Shown: in pieces, positions 1 through 12,410 of the stretch
Position numbering within the stretch: position 1 is the stretch's first letter
How the letters are laid out: each line of letters starts with the position of its first letter
Assembly: GCF_000142905.1 (NCBI RefSeq)
Contig: NW_013657648.1
Span: forward strand, 202,922 to 266,921
Length of the DNA: 64,000 nucleotides
Direction: 5' to 3'
From: Thecamonas trahens ATCC 50062
Lineage: Eukaryota > Protista > Apusomonadida
Translations under genes and position numbers: made by a program
Notes under the pieces: generated by a model
Seen by the model: the letters and a program-made list of their open reading frames with translations, nothing else
Told to the model about the DNA's origin: nothing
Database searches by the model: none

Positions 1-74
1 CCCCCCCCCCCCCACCTCATGCAGCACACACGTGCCGTGCCCGTGCTACCGTCCGACGTCGTCAGCACGATCGA

Positions 75-106
<32 letters not shown>

Positions 107-276
107 TGGGCATGATAGATGTGATGGGTAAGATGGATGTGATGATAGACATGATCCGATCCCCCCCCCCCCCCCCCTCCCCCTCCCCTCACACGCACGA
201 CTGGCCAAACTCGGCCACGTGGCAGGTTGAGCGGGCGGAGTGGTGGCACGCGGGGTCAGGGGAGCGGGCAGACAGT

Positions 277-342
277 CAGACAGAGACAGCGACAGAGACA
301 GCGACAGAGACAGCGACAGAGACAGTGACAGAGACAGAGACA
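277..342. repeat. Simple repeat (GAGACA/GCGACA hexamer array), with a (GA)n run at about 79-105
   Basis: Read directly. Confidence 0.85.
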
Positions 343-382
343 GACTCGACTTTGAGCAACGGGCTACAGGCAAAGAGTAGCA

Positions 383-1257
383 ATGGTGGCAGTGTTCGGC
401 ATTGAGACGGGCGACTGGGCGCAGGCATGGAGCAACCCGCGTGACTTTGTCTTCTCCCCCTCGACACCTCTGTACGACTGGCGGCTGTCGGTGGGGACCT
501 CGCTGGTGTATCTGGTTGTCATTGCTGTGGCGCATCGGCTGATGCGTGGCCGTCCGGCCATGTCCCTTCCGTGGATCTCCAACGCGCACAACCTGTTTCT
601 CTCGCTCTGGTCGCTCGTCATGCACGTCGGCCTTCTCTGGGCGCCTACGAGCGCTACGTGGTGACGGGCAAGTCGGTGTGGGAGGTCATCTGCGACCAGG
701 ATCCCGAGCCCATGACGGGCGTGCTGGCGTACTTTTGCTGGATGTACTACGTCTCCAAGTACTACGAGCTCTTTGACACTTTGCTCATGGTGGTCAAGCA
801 CAAGCCGCTCACCGTCTTGCACCTCTGGCACCACGCCGTCATCGGCCCCATGTCGCTCACTTGGCTCCGCGGCAACTGGGCCATCCACTGGTACGGCGCC
901 GCCGTCAACACCCTCATTCATGTCTTTATGTACTACTACTACTTTGCCTCCAAGGCCTATGGACATCGGCCGTGGTGGCGCGTGTACATCACCCAGGGCC
1001 AGATCACCCAGTTCTTCTCCGTCTTTTTCATGATCTGGGCCTACGTCTACTTTGACGTCCGTTCCGGCATCTCCATCGGCGCCCCGGCCCCCGGCGAGTT
1101 CCTGCCCTCACTCAACTACGATCGCGGCTGCGTCGGCCACCCGTGGACTATCGCCTTTGCCCAGTTTGTCAACATCACCTTCCTCGGCCTCTTCATCAAC
1201 TTTTACGTCCAGACGTACAAGCGCGGCAAGGCGGCCACAAAGGCCAAGTCATCGTGA
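383..1257 (+). CDS. GNS1/SUR4 (ELO) family fatty-acid elongase; apparent 1-nt frameshift at GGG 639-641
   Basis: ORF 383-664 (N-terminal TM, HNLFLSLWS) joins ORF 571-1257 (SKYYELFDT, HLWHH histidine box, NTLIHVFMYYYY, YITQGQITQF, LFINFYVQTY, C-terminal Lys-rich tail) if one G is added at tgggcgcc. Confidence 0.92.
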
Positions 1258-1317
1258 GCCCCGCGTCCTTCAGCATGCCCACGCTGGCGGCGGCTGGACT
1301 ATAAATGCTCCGCACCG

Positions 1318-2325
1318 TCATCCGGACCCGCGGTCGTTCATCAGCGGCGGCTCATCGCCGAGCTCGGCCTTCAGCTGCCGCCACAGCTCGTAGTCGATGT
1401 TGAGGATGGCCTGCCGCCGCGAAGCGCGCTCGCTCGCCTTGCCTCTATTGCCCGCTTGCATGCTCTTGACCATCGGAACCGACGTCTCGTCATCGACCCA
1501 GATGTGCAAGCTGCCCATCTTGGTCAGGAATGAGGTGTAGAACATGTTCTCTACAGTCTGTGCATACGAGGTCGGGTTGATGACGAGCTGGTAGAGTGAG
1601 ACCGGGCGGTCGAAATCGAGCAGCAGCTGAAGCATTTCCTGCATCGTTTCGTTGTCCTCACGGGTCTCCATCTGCACATCGGTATCCGGCCTCACCTGTT
1701 GCAACAGCTGCGGCTCGGCGGCGTCCATACGCTGCCGCGCCTCCGTTACCGTCCCGCGCGGCCTCCGCGCTACCCGCCGCCGGATCTGCGAGCCGGTACA
1801 GACCGGGCCGTACATCAGATCAAGCTTGGGCACCGTCCGCAGAAACTTGCCAAACGTCTCGCCCAGCCGCGCCATGTCCACCACCGTCCCAAACATCTTG
1901 CGGACCTCGGTGGCAAACGCCGCCGGATCCATGCGAGTAAAGTCTGTCCGTAGGTTCTCCACCTTGGCCCTGCCGACTCCAGCCAGCTCGCTCATGGCCT
2001 CGGCGTCGATGGCGCCCGTCCGTGGCTCCTTGATGCTGATGACCTCACTGAGCGCCCTTCCTCGCGCAAGCAACGTCACTAGCTTGGTGTTTCCGGGCGT
2101 CGACGCCTCGACCTTTGACTCGATGATGTCCTTGAGGTTCTTCTGTGTTTTCGACCGGATCCTGGCCTGTACCTTTGCCGTCTCCACCAGCCCATGCGGC
2201 CTTACCGCCGCCGGCCTGTCCTCGTCACCGTCGTCCTCACGCCCACGCTTCCGCTTGGTCTTGTTCTTCTGCTTGTGCTTCCGCCGCTCGCGCGGCTTCT
2301 CCTCTTCAGGCGCCATGCCCGACAT
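1318..2325 (-). CDS. NSE4: NSE4/EID kleisin subunit of the SMC5/6 complex
   Basis: C-terminal motif LVINPTSYAQTVENMFYTSFLTKMG...QAILNIDYELW typical of Nse4_C; EAM..DAE-type N-terminal region; start taken at MSGMAPEEEK. Confidence 0.85.
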   Translation of the reverse strand: MSGMAPEEEKPRERRKHKQKNKTKRKRGREDDGDEDRPAAVRPHGLVETAKVQARIRSKTQKNLKDIIESKVEASTPGNTKLVTLLARGRALSEVISIKEPRTGAIDAEAMSELAGVGRAKVENLRTDFTRMDPAAFATEVRKMFGTVVDMARLGETFGKFLRTVPKLDLMYGPVCTGSQIRRRVARRPRGTVTEARQRMDAAEPQLLQQVRPDTDVQMETREDNETMQEMLQLLLDFDRPVSLYQLVINPTSYAQTVENMFYTSFLTKMGSLHIWVDDETSVPMVKSMQAGNRGKASERASRRQAILNIDYELWRQLKAELGDEPPLMNDRGSG

Positions 2326-2639
2326 GGTTCGCGTGTTGTGCGTGTGTGCGGTGTGTGCGGTGTGTGTGTGTATGTGTGTGTGTGCGGAGGTATGCACGGT
2401 GTGTGGAGAGCTGTGTGGAGAGGCGGGAGGAGTAGTGCAAGGTGCCCTGTGGCGAGGGGGACGTCCGGCTCGGTGCCCCGAGTCGCCGTAGTGTGTGTGC
2501 CCTCACAAGAGGACCGATTCCACGACCTTTTTCCCCCCCCCGTCCCCCTCTACAAGACACTTGGTTGGCAGCAGGGAACAGATGGGATGGGATGGAAAGG
2601 GGGCAGAGGGACGAGGGAGTATTGGTTGTTGTTGTTCCT

Positions 2640-3107
2640 TTAGAACTTGGCAAACTGCTTGCCGCTCTTCTTGCCCGAGGACAGGACCTTGATGACGTTG
2701 AAGCGGACGGTCTTGGAGAGCGGGCGGCACTGGCCGACCACGACGCGATCACCCTCGTTGATACGGAAGCACGGCGAGACGTGGCAGGCTGTGTTCGTGT
2801 GGCGCTTCTCGAAACGGTTGTACTTCTTCACGTAGTGAAGGTAGTCGCGGCGGATGATGCACGTGCGGCGCATCTTGGTCGAGACCACGACGCCATCAAG
2901 GATGCGGCCGCGGATCGAGACGTTGCCGGTGAACGGGCACTTCTTGTCAATGTAGCTGCCCTCAATCGCCTCACGCGGCGTGACAAAGCCAAGGCCGATG
3001 TCCTTGACAAAGCGCTTGCCCGACTTGACGAGCTTGCCCTTGACGGTCTTGCCGAGGGTGATGTGCGGCTGCTTCTGGAACGCGCGCTCGGTCTGTTCAA
3101 CGCCCAT
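2640..3107 (-). CDS. RPS11: 40S ribosomal protein S11 (uS17)
   Basis: [77 protein letters not shown]. Confidence 0.98.
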   Translation of the reverse strand: MGVEQTERAFQKQPHITLGKTVKGKLVKSGKRFVKDIGLGFVTPREAIEGSYIDKKCPFTGNVSIRGRILDGVVVSTKMRRTCIIRRDYLHYVKKYNRFEKRHTNTACHVSPCFRINEGDRVVVGQCRPLSKTVRFNVIKVLSSGKKSGKQFAKF

Positions 3108-3802
3108 ACATCCACTTGCATGAGTCTCCACCTCTCCGACCTCTGCCGCTCTCACTGGGCAGCACGCACTCGTGTGGGTGTGCGTGTGTGTGCATGGAAT
3201 CGAGGCGGACGGGGCCGCCATCAAGAAAAATCACTCGCTTCGCTGCCCGCCCACCCGCGAGCTGTGCCCCCCCTCCAACACCAAGCTATTGGCGAAGAGG
3301 AGCCACAGCCCAGCTAGAGCAGGCTCACGGCGAGTGCGGCAGCAAGCAGGGAAGCAGCTTGTGGTGTAGGCTGGCTGGAGCGGCCGGCTTCGTGGCGGTC
3401 CGGAGCAGCGGCAGACAAATTCCAACGATGGGATCTCCGTAGCAGACGACCAACACACGCAGCACCCCAGCCTCGCCTTAGCCACCACCACAGGCGAGCT
3501 TGGAGGCACACACACTTTGCGGTACACATGCAAGATACCATGCGCTACCTCGTGCTCTGGCCCTCCTTGCTCTGCTTGGACAGGGACGGTGGCTGCCGTG
3601 GCTCTCGACGCCCTCCAATTAACATACCTGGACTTCGAACTCGGCCATGATGGGAAAAGAGAAAGCTGTTGACGACTAATTCAGCTCGCGCAAATCCGCC
3701 CCTCGGATGTTTTTCACTTTGCCAAATCCCAAACCGAGTCGCTCCGTCGACCACTCGCCGACCGCCGCTCGCCGCGCCGCCGACGCTGTTGCTTTATCCG
3801 CT

Positions 3803-6057
3803 CTACGGCTCCGACTCGCTCTCAGCCTTACCCTTATCGCTGCTGGCGGTGGCGGCAGGACTCGCGAGGGCGGCAAACCGGCGGGCGGCTGCCTCGCCAG
3901 CGGGTGTCAGCGGCCGCTGCAGCGGCGGTGGCCGCGTCTTGCGCTTGGGCGTCACCGGGCGCGATGGCACGTCCGAGTGCGATGCGGTACCAGGCGCAGG
4001 GACGAGCGGGTGCTCGGGTGTGGAGACCGGAGCCGGCGGAGCGGGGCGTGACGGCGAAGGCATGGAGGCGTCGGGTGCAGATGCTGGCGAGCGCGACGAG
4101 GTCGGCGACAGAGAGAGCGTCTGCCTTTGCAGCTCGATCATGTGGGCCTGCAGCGCCTGCAGCTGGGTCTGGACCGCCTGCAGCGACTGGAGCTGCGCAA
4201 TCATGAGCGACATCTGCCGTGACTCGACCTCCTGGACCGGCGACGCAAAGTCGGCCGACGGTGTTGACGCCGGGGTTGGCGCTGCCACCGCGCTCGGCAT
4301 CGGCGACATCATCGGCGCCATCACCGGCGCCATTGTCGGCGCCATCAATGCCGGCGCCGACGGCGAGCCCCATCCAAACGCGGGGCTGCTGGCCGCCCGT
4401 CCGCCGGCAGGACTCCATGGCGAGGCCCGGTAGGCTGCTGCTCCCGTCGGCGTCATCAGGTGCGGCGAGAGCGGCGGCGGCGGCGGCGGAGGTGGCGGCC
4501 CGGCCAGCGCAGGATTGATACCCGCAGACGCCAGCGCCTGCCGCGCGGCGGCAGCAGCGGCAGCACCTGCCGCCGCCGCTGCCGCCTGCATCGGGCCACC
4601 GCTCGACGGAGCCGCGAACGGCGGCCGGGGCAGTGGAAGCGCCGACGGCGTCGGCGACCGCGGGCCGGCACCTGCAGAGCTGCCTGCGTCTGGAGCGTCG
4701 ACATTCGTTGTGGCATGAGACGCTTCGACTTCAGCCGGTGTCGAGCCTTCACCCGGCACAGCCGGTGGTTCGTCGGGCCGGGCAGCCGGCTCGGCAGCGG
4801 CGGCGGCGGCGAGCCGCTCCTCGCGCTGGCGCTGCATGTTGGCCATGGCGTTCTCGTCGAGCAGGTCGAGGCGGCAAGTCGGACACTGCTGGCGGCGCTC
4901 CATCCATGACCGGAGGCAGTCGTAGTGAAAGACGTGGCCGCACGGCAGCCGGTGACCCTCGTCGACGTCGACCCGGCAGACGGTGCACATGGCGTCCTCG
5001 CCGTCGAGATCAGCGGCGGTGACTGCCTCGAACCGCTCGGCCAGGTCACCAATGACCCGGCGGTAGTTGACAAACTCGACAACCTTGTTCTGGAACGCCC
5101 GCCACGACGAGAACAGCTCGGGCAGCATGTGGATCGGGAGCGAGTAGTAGTGCAGGACGACACAAAAGAAGGTGATGTAGGCAAAGAACCGCGCGCCAAC
5201 GCCAAGAACCTCCAGCACCAGCATGTACCACCCCTTGTTCTGCCATTGGCCCTCGACTCCGTGCAGATCCCACAAGTGCAGGCCGTACGTCGCCAGCATC
5301 TCCACCACCAGCACCAGCAGAATGAGGTACTCAAAGACAAAGAGGAGGACAAGCGACGGGCCCTTGTCGAGGACATGCGAGACGCCGTACGTCACTATCC
5401 CGGCGTCGGTACCCGCTAGAATCGTGAGCAAGCTGAACAGCCGGACGTGGAAGGTCAGCGCGAGGTTCGGCGTCTCGTTGACAAAGTGGACACGCTCCCT
5501 CGCCAGCCAATGGAAGATCCTGGCAGCGACGAGGACTGCGAGAGCGAGGCCAAACCGGAGCGAGAGCTCCGCTCTAAAGATCGTCAGTGCCAGCATGGTC
5601 TCCATCAGCGAGTACCTCAGCTTGTCCATCACCACCTCGGTCTCCCTTCTCCTCAGCGTGCCGAGAAACACCGACCGCAAACCCTGCGCCACTGTCCACA
5701 AGCACGCCAGTGCCATATTGCCAAGCACCTATAGCAGCCGCACACAGGGAAGACCCACCAGGTCATGTCAGTCACTTGTCCTGTCCCTTGCATGTTCGCC
5801 CTCTTTCCTCCCTCCCTCCCTCCCACCACGGCCGCCCAAGGCACCTGTTCCTGACGTCCACCCCCCCCCCCTCCCCCCCCATCCCCTCCCCTTCCTCACA
5901 CTCTCCACACAAGTCCATGGTCACGTACCAGGATGCAAGGAGGGGACTTTGTGATGTGGACCATGGTGGGGTAGAACTGCTCTCGTCTGTTGTACACGGC
6001 TGCCACCATGCCGGCGGTGACCACCGTCGACGCCGCAAAGTACGCCGCTGTTTTCAT
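3803..6057 (-). CDS. HRD1: HRD1/synoviolin-type ERAD E3 ubiquitin ligase; exons 6057-5929 and 5728-3803
   Basis: Exon 1 MKTAAY...REQFYPTMVHITKS; GTACGT...TAG phase-0 intron 5928-5729; TM region (FLGTLRRRE, FHWLARERV); RING-H2 CTVCR...LPCGHVFHYDCLRSWMERRQQCPTCR; Pro-rich tail. Confidence 0.93.
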
Positions 6058-6294
6058 GACGGCTCGAGTGGAGTGGTTGAGCCACTTGCGCACACTCTCT
6101 GCGCATCACGTGGCCGACTACTCATGATCCTACCCCCCCCCCCCCCCCCCCCCCCCCTTTCCCCCCCTCTCACACTCACCAATAGTATCCTTGCCCAGTC
6201 ACTTTCTCTCGTCGCCTGGCAAACTCGGGCATGAAGCGATCAAAGACGCGATTCCGAGGCCGTGGCGCTGCTGTGGCGCACTTGCCGCGCCCGC

Positions 6295-9200
6295 TCACCA
6301 GTCTTCGGCGGCGGCAGCATCACGGTTGGCGGCAGGACGGCTGCTCGAGGCATCCTCCTGGTACGGGTTGAGCTTGGACTCGAAGGAGTCCATCAGCTTG
6401 TCCTTGGCCGACCGGGTGTCGACCTTCTCGACGGTGGTGGGGACCCACTTGCGGACCGGCTTCTTGGTGGTCGGCGCAGCTTCGGAGAGGAGCGGCATGC
6501 CCTCGGGCCGCATGTCATGCAGCGGCGGGGCGCCGGGGACGGCATCGAGAAAGACGGCGGCGGTCGCCGCGGGCTCAAACCCAGGCACAGGAACAAAGAC
6601 GTCGTCCTGGAACAGCTCCTTGCGCGAGCGCGGGACCTTGAACGTGACGCTGGAGATGGCCGAGCCAGAGAGCTTGACAAACGAGGCAAACTCGCAGGCT
6701 GCAACGTCGACGCACGACTTAGGCAAGAGGGCCAGGCCCGACTGCGGGTTGGTTGCCGTGTACGGTGCAAGCTCATGGATGCCCTTCTCGTTGATCTCAA
6801 AGGTGTTGATCGAGCCGTCGCCCTTGCCGGCCAGGAACAGGACGCCGGTCTGCACGTCGTAGAACGGCAGTGCGAGGTTCGACGACGTCGTCAGCGGCTT
6901 GGTCGCCACAGGCGCGTCGAGCGCACGCATGTCCCACACCTTGATTTCGCGCTTGGAGCGCTCGCCAAAACCGACGGTTGCCAGCTTGTCGCCGGCGCCG
7001 AGCCAGACAAGCTTGAACGGCTTGACGCCGACGTGCGCGTCGGCAACCGACGCCACCACGCTGCCGTCGGCCCGTGGATCGTGCAGCCGCAGCTTCTTGT
7101 CGCGTGCGCTCGACGCAATCGTCGCTGAGTCGTACGCAAACGCCACTCCGGTAGGCTCGGCCTCAAAGCTGTCCATCGACACGAGGCACGCCTGCTGCTC
7201 CACGTCCCACAGCCGGACCGTCGAGTCAAACGAGCCGGTCGCCAGCAGGTTCTCCACATACGGCGCCCAGGTGAGCCACGTCACCCGGTGGCGGTGACCC
7301 TCCATCGTTGCCGACGCCTCGGTCAGCGGCGCGGCGAGGCCCGTCGACGGGATCTCCCACAGGCCCACACGCCCGTCGTCCGAGCCAGTAGCAAGGAGGT
7401 TGCCGTTGAACGGCGAAAAGTCAAAGGCGTTGAAGATCGACGACTGCGAGATGGTCGGCATGTCGACGTCGACGCGACCCACATGCGACCGCGGGAAGAC
7501 GCCGATGACGCCGCCCGCACCCTTCCACGGCACGGCCACCAGCGCGTCCGACGCCGCCACCATCGACGAGTCGACCGAAAAGTTGTCATTGATACGCAGC
7601 CCTGTCGTCCACAGCTCCTTCTTGGTCTCACTCCCCACAATGTGCCGGAACTTGGAGACTCGGACCACGTTCTTGGGCACCACAACCTCGCGCATGCCCT
7701 CGGGTGGCGCGTCCGGATCGCTCTCCTTCTCACTCTCGGCCGGCGCCTCCTCCTTCGCCTTGAGCGACCACGACGAGCGCTTGGCACCCCACTTGGAGCC
7801 CCCGCTTCCGCCCCCACCCCCGCTCCCGCCGGCGCCCCACTTGGAGCCTCCGCCTCCACTCCCTGCGCCCCACTTGCGCGCCACGGGAGCCCGCGCCGCC
7901 ACCGGCGGCGGCGTCTTGCCCGCCGAGTTAGTCTTGCCGCTCGACGTGCTCTTCATCGACGACGACGGCAGCGACGGCGTCGGCCGCTCGCCCTCGGGCT
8001 GGAGAGAGACAAGCGCCACGCTCCCGTTCGCGCCGCTCGCCCACTCGGGAGCTGTCGCGCCGGGCGTCGTTCCGCGGGTCTCTGGGTACAGCTCCGGGTG
8101 GAACTTGGCGTACGACTTGCGCGGGACCTTGTACGAGACCGGAACAACCGCACCAGCCGCCGTCAGCTTGAGAACCCGCGCCACCTCGCAGTCCCACACA
8201 TTGAGCACCCGCTTGGGCGCCAGCGCCAGGCCCGAAATCTGCTCGCGCGAGCCGACCGAGCCGGCCTCCAGCAGCTTGCCGCCGTCGTCCTCGTAGAACC
8301 GCAGCGCCACGTCGCCCTTGCCACCGAGGAACAACAACTTGGTGTCGGCGTCGTAGAGCGGCATCAGAATGCCCGACGACGAGTCCATCTTGGTCTTGGA
8401 AATCGGCGCGTCAAGCGAGCTGGCCATGTCGTAAACGCGCACCTCGCGCGACCGGTACTTGTCAAAGCCAGTCGTGACAAACCGCGACGAGTCGCCCATC
8501 CACGTCACCCGCGTCGCCTTGATCCCGTCATGGCCCGGTCCCGACGCCACCGGCCCGTCGGCACTCGCACGCAGATCGTACACGCGAACTGTCTTGTCCT
8601 TGGCGGTGACCACCAGCGTAGCACCGGCGTAGTCCCACGCCAGCGACTGCGGTTGGCACTCGATGCTAGGCGCAGCGCAGAGCTCGGCTTCGGCATTCAC
8701 GTCCCACACCTTGACCACGCCGTCAGCTGCCGCCGTTGCCAGCACGCCATCGGCCACCGGGTTGAACGCCAGTGCCTGGATTCGCTTCTGCGACGCCGAC
8801 CACGCGCTGGCCGTCTCGGACACCGACGCCTTGCCCTCGCCCAGTTCCCAGATCTTGACCGACCCGTCCTCCGCCGCAGTCACCAGCAGCGCGTCATGGA
8901 ACGGTGAAAAGTCCAGCGCTGAGATGTTACGCGAGTGCCCAGCCACGCCAGGCACGCCCTGGCCCGATCCGAACCGGCCCGACCCACCCACCGGCAGAAA
9001 CGAGATGCTCCGGGCTGACGAGCCACCAAAGGCCACATACTTGCCCGACGCCGCAACTTCGTTGCAATCACCCGCCAGGCTTGTCGTCCGCAGCTCCGAG
9101 TACCTGTTCCTCACGTTTGTGGCCGTGATGGCATGATGGCATGATGGTGTGGCGGCGTGGCGGCGGCGTGGCGTGAGTCAGTTTCTTGCGAAGAACGCTC

Positions 9201-9336
9201 CGCCCAGGTGCCACCCTCCTCCGCAGCCTATCCATACACCCTCGTTACTCTTCCCCAACCCTGCGTACCATTGCTCGTTGGGAAGCTCCTTGCCCTGGGC
9301 CAGGCGGAACACGGACCGGTTGTTGAACCGCGACAT
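6295..9336 (-). CDS. CORO7: Tandem coronin (coronin-7/POD-1 type); exons 9336-9269 and 9103-6295
   Basis: Two coronin WD40 propellers (DFSPFH, MPLYDADT..LFLGGKGD, VPRK; VRVSKFRH, PFYDVQTGVLFLAGKGDG, VPRSRKELFQDD); acidic C-terminus ending EDW; exon 1 MSRFNNRSVFR...EQW joined by GTACGC...CAG intron 9268-9104. Confidence 0.92.
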
Positions 9337-9603
9337 GTCGAGAGTTGTGTGCGGGTGTGAGTGACGGTCGAGTGCGAGCTTGTGGTGGTAGCCTCAACCG
9401 AGCCTGCCTGGCTGCCCCACGTTCTGCCTGACCCGACCGGCATATGTGCGGATGCCTGTGTGAGCGCGCGTGCGTGTGTGTGTGTGTGTGTAAATCAGCA
9501 ATCTCTCTCACACACTCTATCTCTCAGCCGAGCCTCAGTCACGTTATGCCCATCTATCGGGTTTGGATCCACATCTCTCTGTCTGGAGCACTCTCAGCCT
9601 TGC

Positions 9604-11823
9604 TTACGAGCTCGAGCTCGAGGCCGAGCCTGGGGCAGGCTTCGACGGGGTGTAGCGGGCCTGGGCCGAGGCGATGATGGCGCGGTACTTCTTGAGCTGG
9701 TTGAGATACTGCAGCTGACGCTTGGACTCGCGGCGGATCTTATGGCCCTTGAAGAGGTTGAGAGAGTAGTGGATGGCCTCGATGATGAGCGGGTTGAGCA
9801 TCTCGACGGCGAGCGAGCGGAACACGTCCGAGGTGGAGCGGTCGATGACAGCCCCAAAGTAGGCCGAGGTGAAGACTTGGCCATAGAGTGGGATGACAAG
9901 CGGCCACTTGGCCGAGTTGGTGAGCGCGCCCCAGAAGCCGAGCCCGGTCTCGGTTTTGGGCGAGCGGAGGAGCTCTGCGGTTTCCGCCATGAGAACCGGG
10001 TACGAGACGGTGGCGCGCTTCTCACGGGCAATCATGCCCTCGATGTGGGACGAGAGGCCATCCGAGTTGATCTCGGTCGAGATGCGCTTGACAAGGTAGC
10101 GGAAGAAGTGAAGGGCAAGGCGCGACTCGCGGCCGGTGCCGGCGTGGGCGGTGCGGTCGACAAACTCGAGGAGCTGATCGACGGTGGCGCGGCGGCAGCG
10201 GTCAACGAGGTGGGCGTCGCTGAGGACGGCATCGACCGAGTCCTCGAGCGCCTCCTGCCACACTGGGCGGGCACGGTTGGCGTTCTCCGGAAAGACGTAC
10301 TTGTAGAATGGAGCGAGCGCGCCGTCGATGAGGGCGTGGTCACCAAGCCGCGCCAGGGTGGCGTCGTCGATCTTGTCAGGTGTGCCAGTGCCAAAGACGA
10401 GGGCGCGCTCAAACTTGCCGCGGCGGTCGACAAAGTGGGACTCGGGCTCAAAGTCGACGTCGGTGAGAGCGCGACGGGCGGTCTTCTGCACATGCAGCTC
10501 GTCATTTGTCGGCTTGTAGGCCTCTGTGAGGCGGGCCGAGAGCTGCGGCGAAGCCAGCGGCGAAGGCGGGTCAGAGAACTCAAAGAACTTGTCCATAGCA
10601 TCAAACCAGGCATTGTGGACAATGTCACCGATGGTGTCGCGGACCTGGGCCTCAAACTCGAGGCGCTCCGGCGAGAGCGGCGAGAACTTGAGGACAAGCT
10701 TCTCGAGCTCGCGGGCAATGTTACGGAGATCGGTCTCGGCCGAGATGGCGAGGAGGAACTGCTCGTCCTTGGCCACGTCGTCGATATGTTGATCGAGCTC
10801 GGCGAGGATACGCGGAAAGTCGGCGGCTACCTTGTTGAGCTGCTCCTCCGAGAGAACCCGGCGGAGGGTGGGGATGCCGAGGCGGAGGTCACCGACATCG
10901 CGGAGCTTAGCCCTGCGGATAAAGGCTTCCTCGATGCGGAGCACATCGTCGAACGACTTGCCGTCCTCGAGCTCCTTCTGCGAGCGGCAGCGGACGCCGA
11001 CGTAGCCAAGGCCGAGCGGGTAGTCCTCGTTGCGGAGGATGGAGTGGATGTGCTTGCGCGACTTGATGAGGTCCATTTTGGTGAGGACTCCGAGTGAGCG
11101 GTCCATGTTGGCGTCGACAGCCTGTGCGTTCTTGATGCCCATCGACATGGCCACGTCGTCGGCGGCCGAGGCGACGGCAACAATGATGTTGTTCGGGTCG
11201 GAGATGTACTTTTGGCAGAGCGCGGCAATGCGCTCGGGGAGCTCGGGCGACTGCCCGGCACGGACAGCGTGGATGTAGCCCGGCAGGTCGATGAGCGAGA
11301 CGTTGTACACGTGCGGCGCGTAGATGGACATGGTGACCGGCAGCTCGGAAAACTCTTCGTCCTGGTTCTTCTCGCGGAGAATGGCCTCGACTTGCTCAAA
11401 GTCAAAGATCTTGCGGCCGTCGTCAAACTCAGCCCATGTCCCGGAGTCGGAGCGGAGCAAGTTGAGCTCGAGGGGGCGGGTGGTGCACATCGAGGTCGAC
11501 TTTGGGAGAAAGTCAAAGCCAGCCACAGCCTCGAGCACCGACGACTTGCCCGATGACTGGTTGCCGACGACGACGATCTTGGGCAGCTCGAGCTTGGCCT
11601 TTTCCTTGCCCAGCACCTTTTCCAGGCGGACCAGTGTCGGAATGACAGCCTCGGGATCGGTCTCGTTGTAGACGGCCTCCTTGGCCACACCCGCCGACTT
11701 CTTCTTGGTCCTCCGTGCGGCAAAGGTCCTCTGCCACCCGGCCGCTGCAGCGATGCCTGTCGCACCTGCGAGCATGGGCCGGGCTGCAGCGCGGAGTGAA
11801 TGGTGTCGGAATAGAGCCAGCAT
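9604..11823 (-). CDS. Dynamin-superfamily GTPase with N-terminal mitochondrial-type presequence (Mgm1/MidX-like)
   Basis: G1 LPKIVVVGNQSSGKSSVLE, G2 CTTRP, G3 DLPG, G4 TKMD, LGLGYVGV; Arg/Ala/Leu-rich acid-free N-terminus. Confidence 0.9.
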   Translation of the reverse strand: MLALFRHHSLRAAARPMLAGATGIAAAAGWQRTFAARRTKKKSAGVAKEAVYNETDPEAVIPTLVRLEKVLGKEKAKLELPKIVVVGNQSSGKSSVLEAVAGFDFLPKSTSMCTTRPLELNLLRSDSGTWAEFDDGRKIFDFEQVEAILREKNQDEEFSELPVTMSIYAPHVYNVSLIDLPGYIHAVRAGQSPELPERIAALCQKYISDPNNIIVAVASAADDVAMSMGIKNAQAVDANMDRSLGVLTKMDLIKSRKHIHSILRNEDYPLGLGYVGVRCRSQKELEDGKSFDDVLRIEEAFIRRAKLRDVGDLRLGIPTLRRVLSEEQLNKVAADFPRILAELDQHIDDVAKDEQFLLAISAETDLRNIARELEKLVLKFSPLSPERLEFEAQVRDTIGDIVHNAWFDAMDKFFEFSDPPSPLASPQLSARLTEAYKPTNDELHVQKTARRALTDVDFEPESHFVDRRGKFERALVFGTGTPDKIDDATLARLGDHALIDGALAPFYKYVFPENANRARPVWQEALEDSVDAVLSDAHLVDRCRRATVDQLLEFVDRTAHAGTGRESRLALHFFRYLVKRISTEINSDGLSSHIEGMIAREKRATVSYPVLMAETAELLRSPKTETGLGFWGALTNSAKWPLVIPLYGQVFTSAYFGAVIDRSTSDVFRSLAVEMLNPLIIEAIHYSLNLFKGHKIRRESKRQLQYLNQLKKYRAIIASAQARYTPSKPAPGSASSSSS

Positions 11824-12410
11824 ATTAATAGTTTTTTGGGGGGGGGAGAGAGAGAGGGAGGGTGAAGGGTGTGGGGTGGGGTGTGGGGTGTGGGGGTGTG
11901 GGGTGTGGGGAGAGGTGTGAAGGTTGTGGGTGCGCGGCTATGAGGGGGGGGGGGGGGGGGGGTGACAGGCGAGTGGAAGGAGAAATACTTTGGTTGCCGC
12001 GTCACGGGCGGAGACTGCGTTGCGGCGCGGTGTGACTGCGGGCACCAGGTCACTGGTTCAGTTTAACCGCATTCATTGAACCCAAGCTCTACCACTACAG
12101 AGGAAGAGCTAGCCCAGACAGGTTCTTGCGGGTCTTGGACGGCGGAAGAGGGAGAAGATCGTGGTCGTCAAGAGTGGACCGGCCAGCAGCAAGGGAAGCC
12201 AGGGCGTCGATCTCGTCCGAGAGTCGCTCGCGCTTGGACGGCGGCGACGACGAAGGGGAAGGTGAAGAGAGAGGGGAGTCGTGGACGTTGTCGAGGTGGT
12301 CTTCAGGCTGGGGAAGGAGCGGAGGTGCCGCGGCTGCGAGATTAGCGGCCACGAGATCAGCAGCCGTTAGGTCGGCGGCCACGAGGGGAGCGGTAGACAG
12401 CGCAAGCGGA

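Noticed and set aside
19-405. ORF with RE and TATE repeats
   Set aside because: Translation of microsatellites upstream of the elongase.
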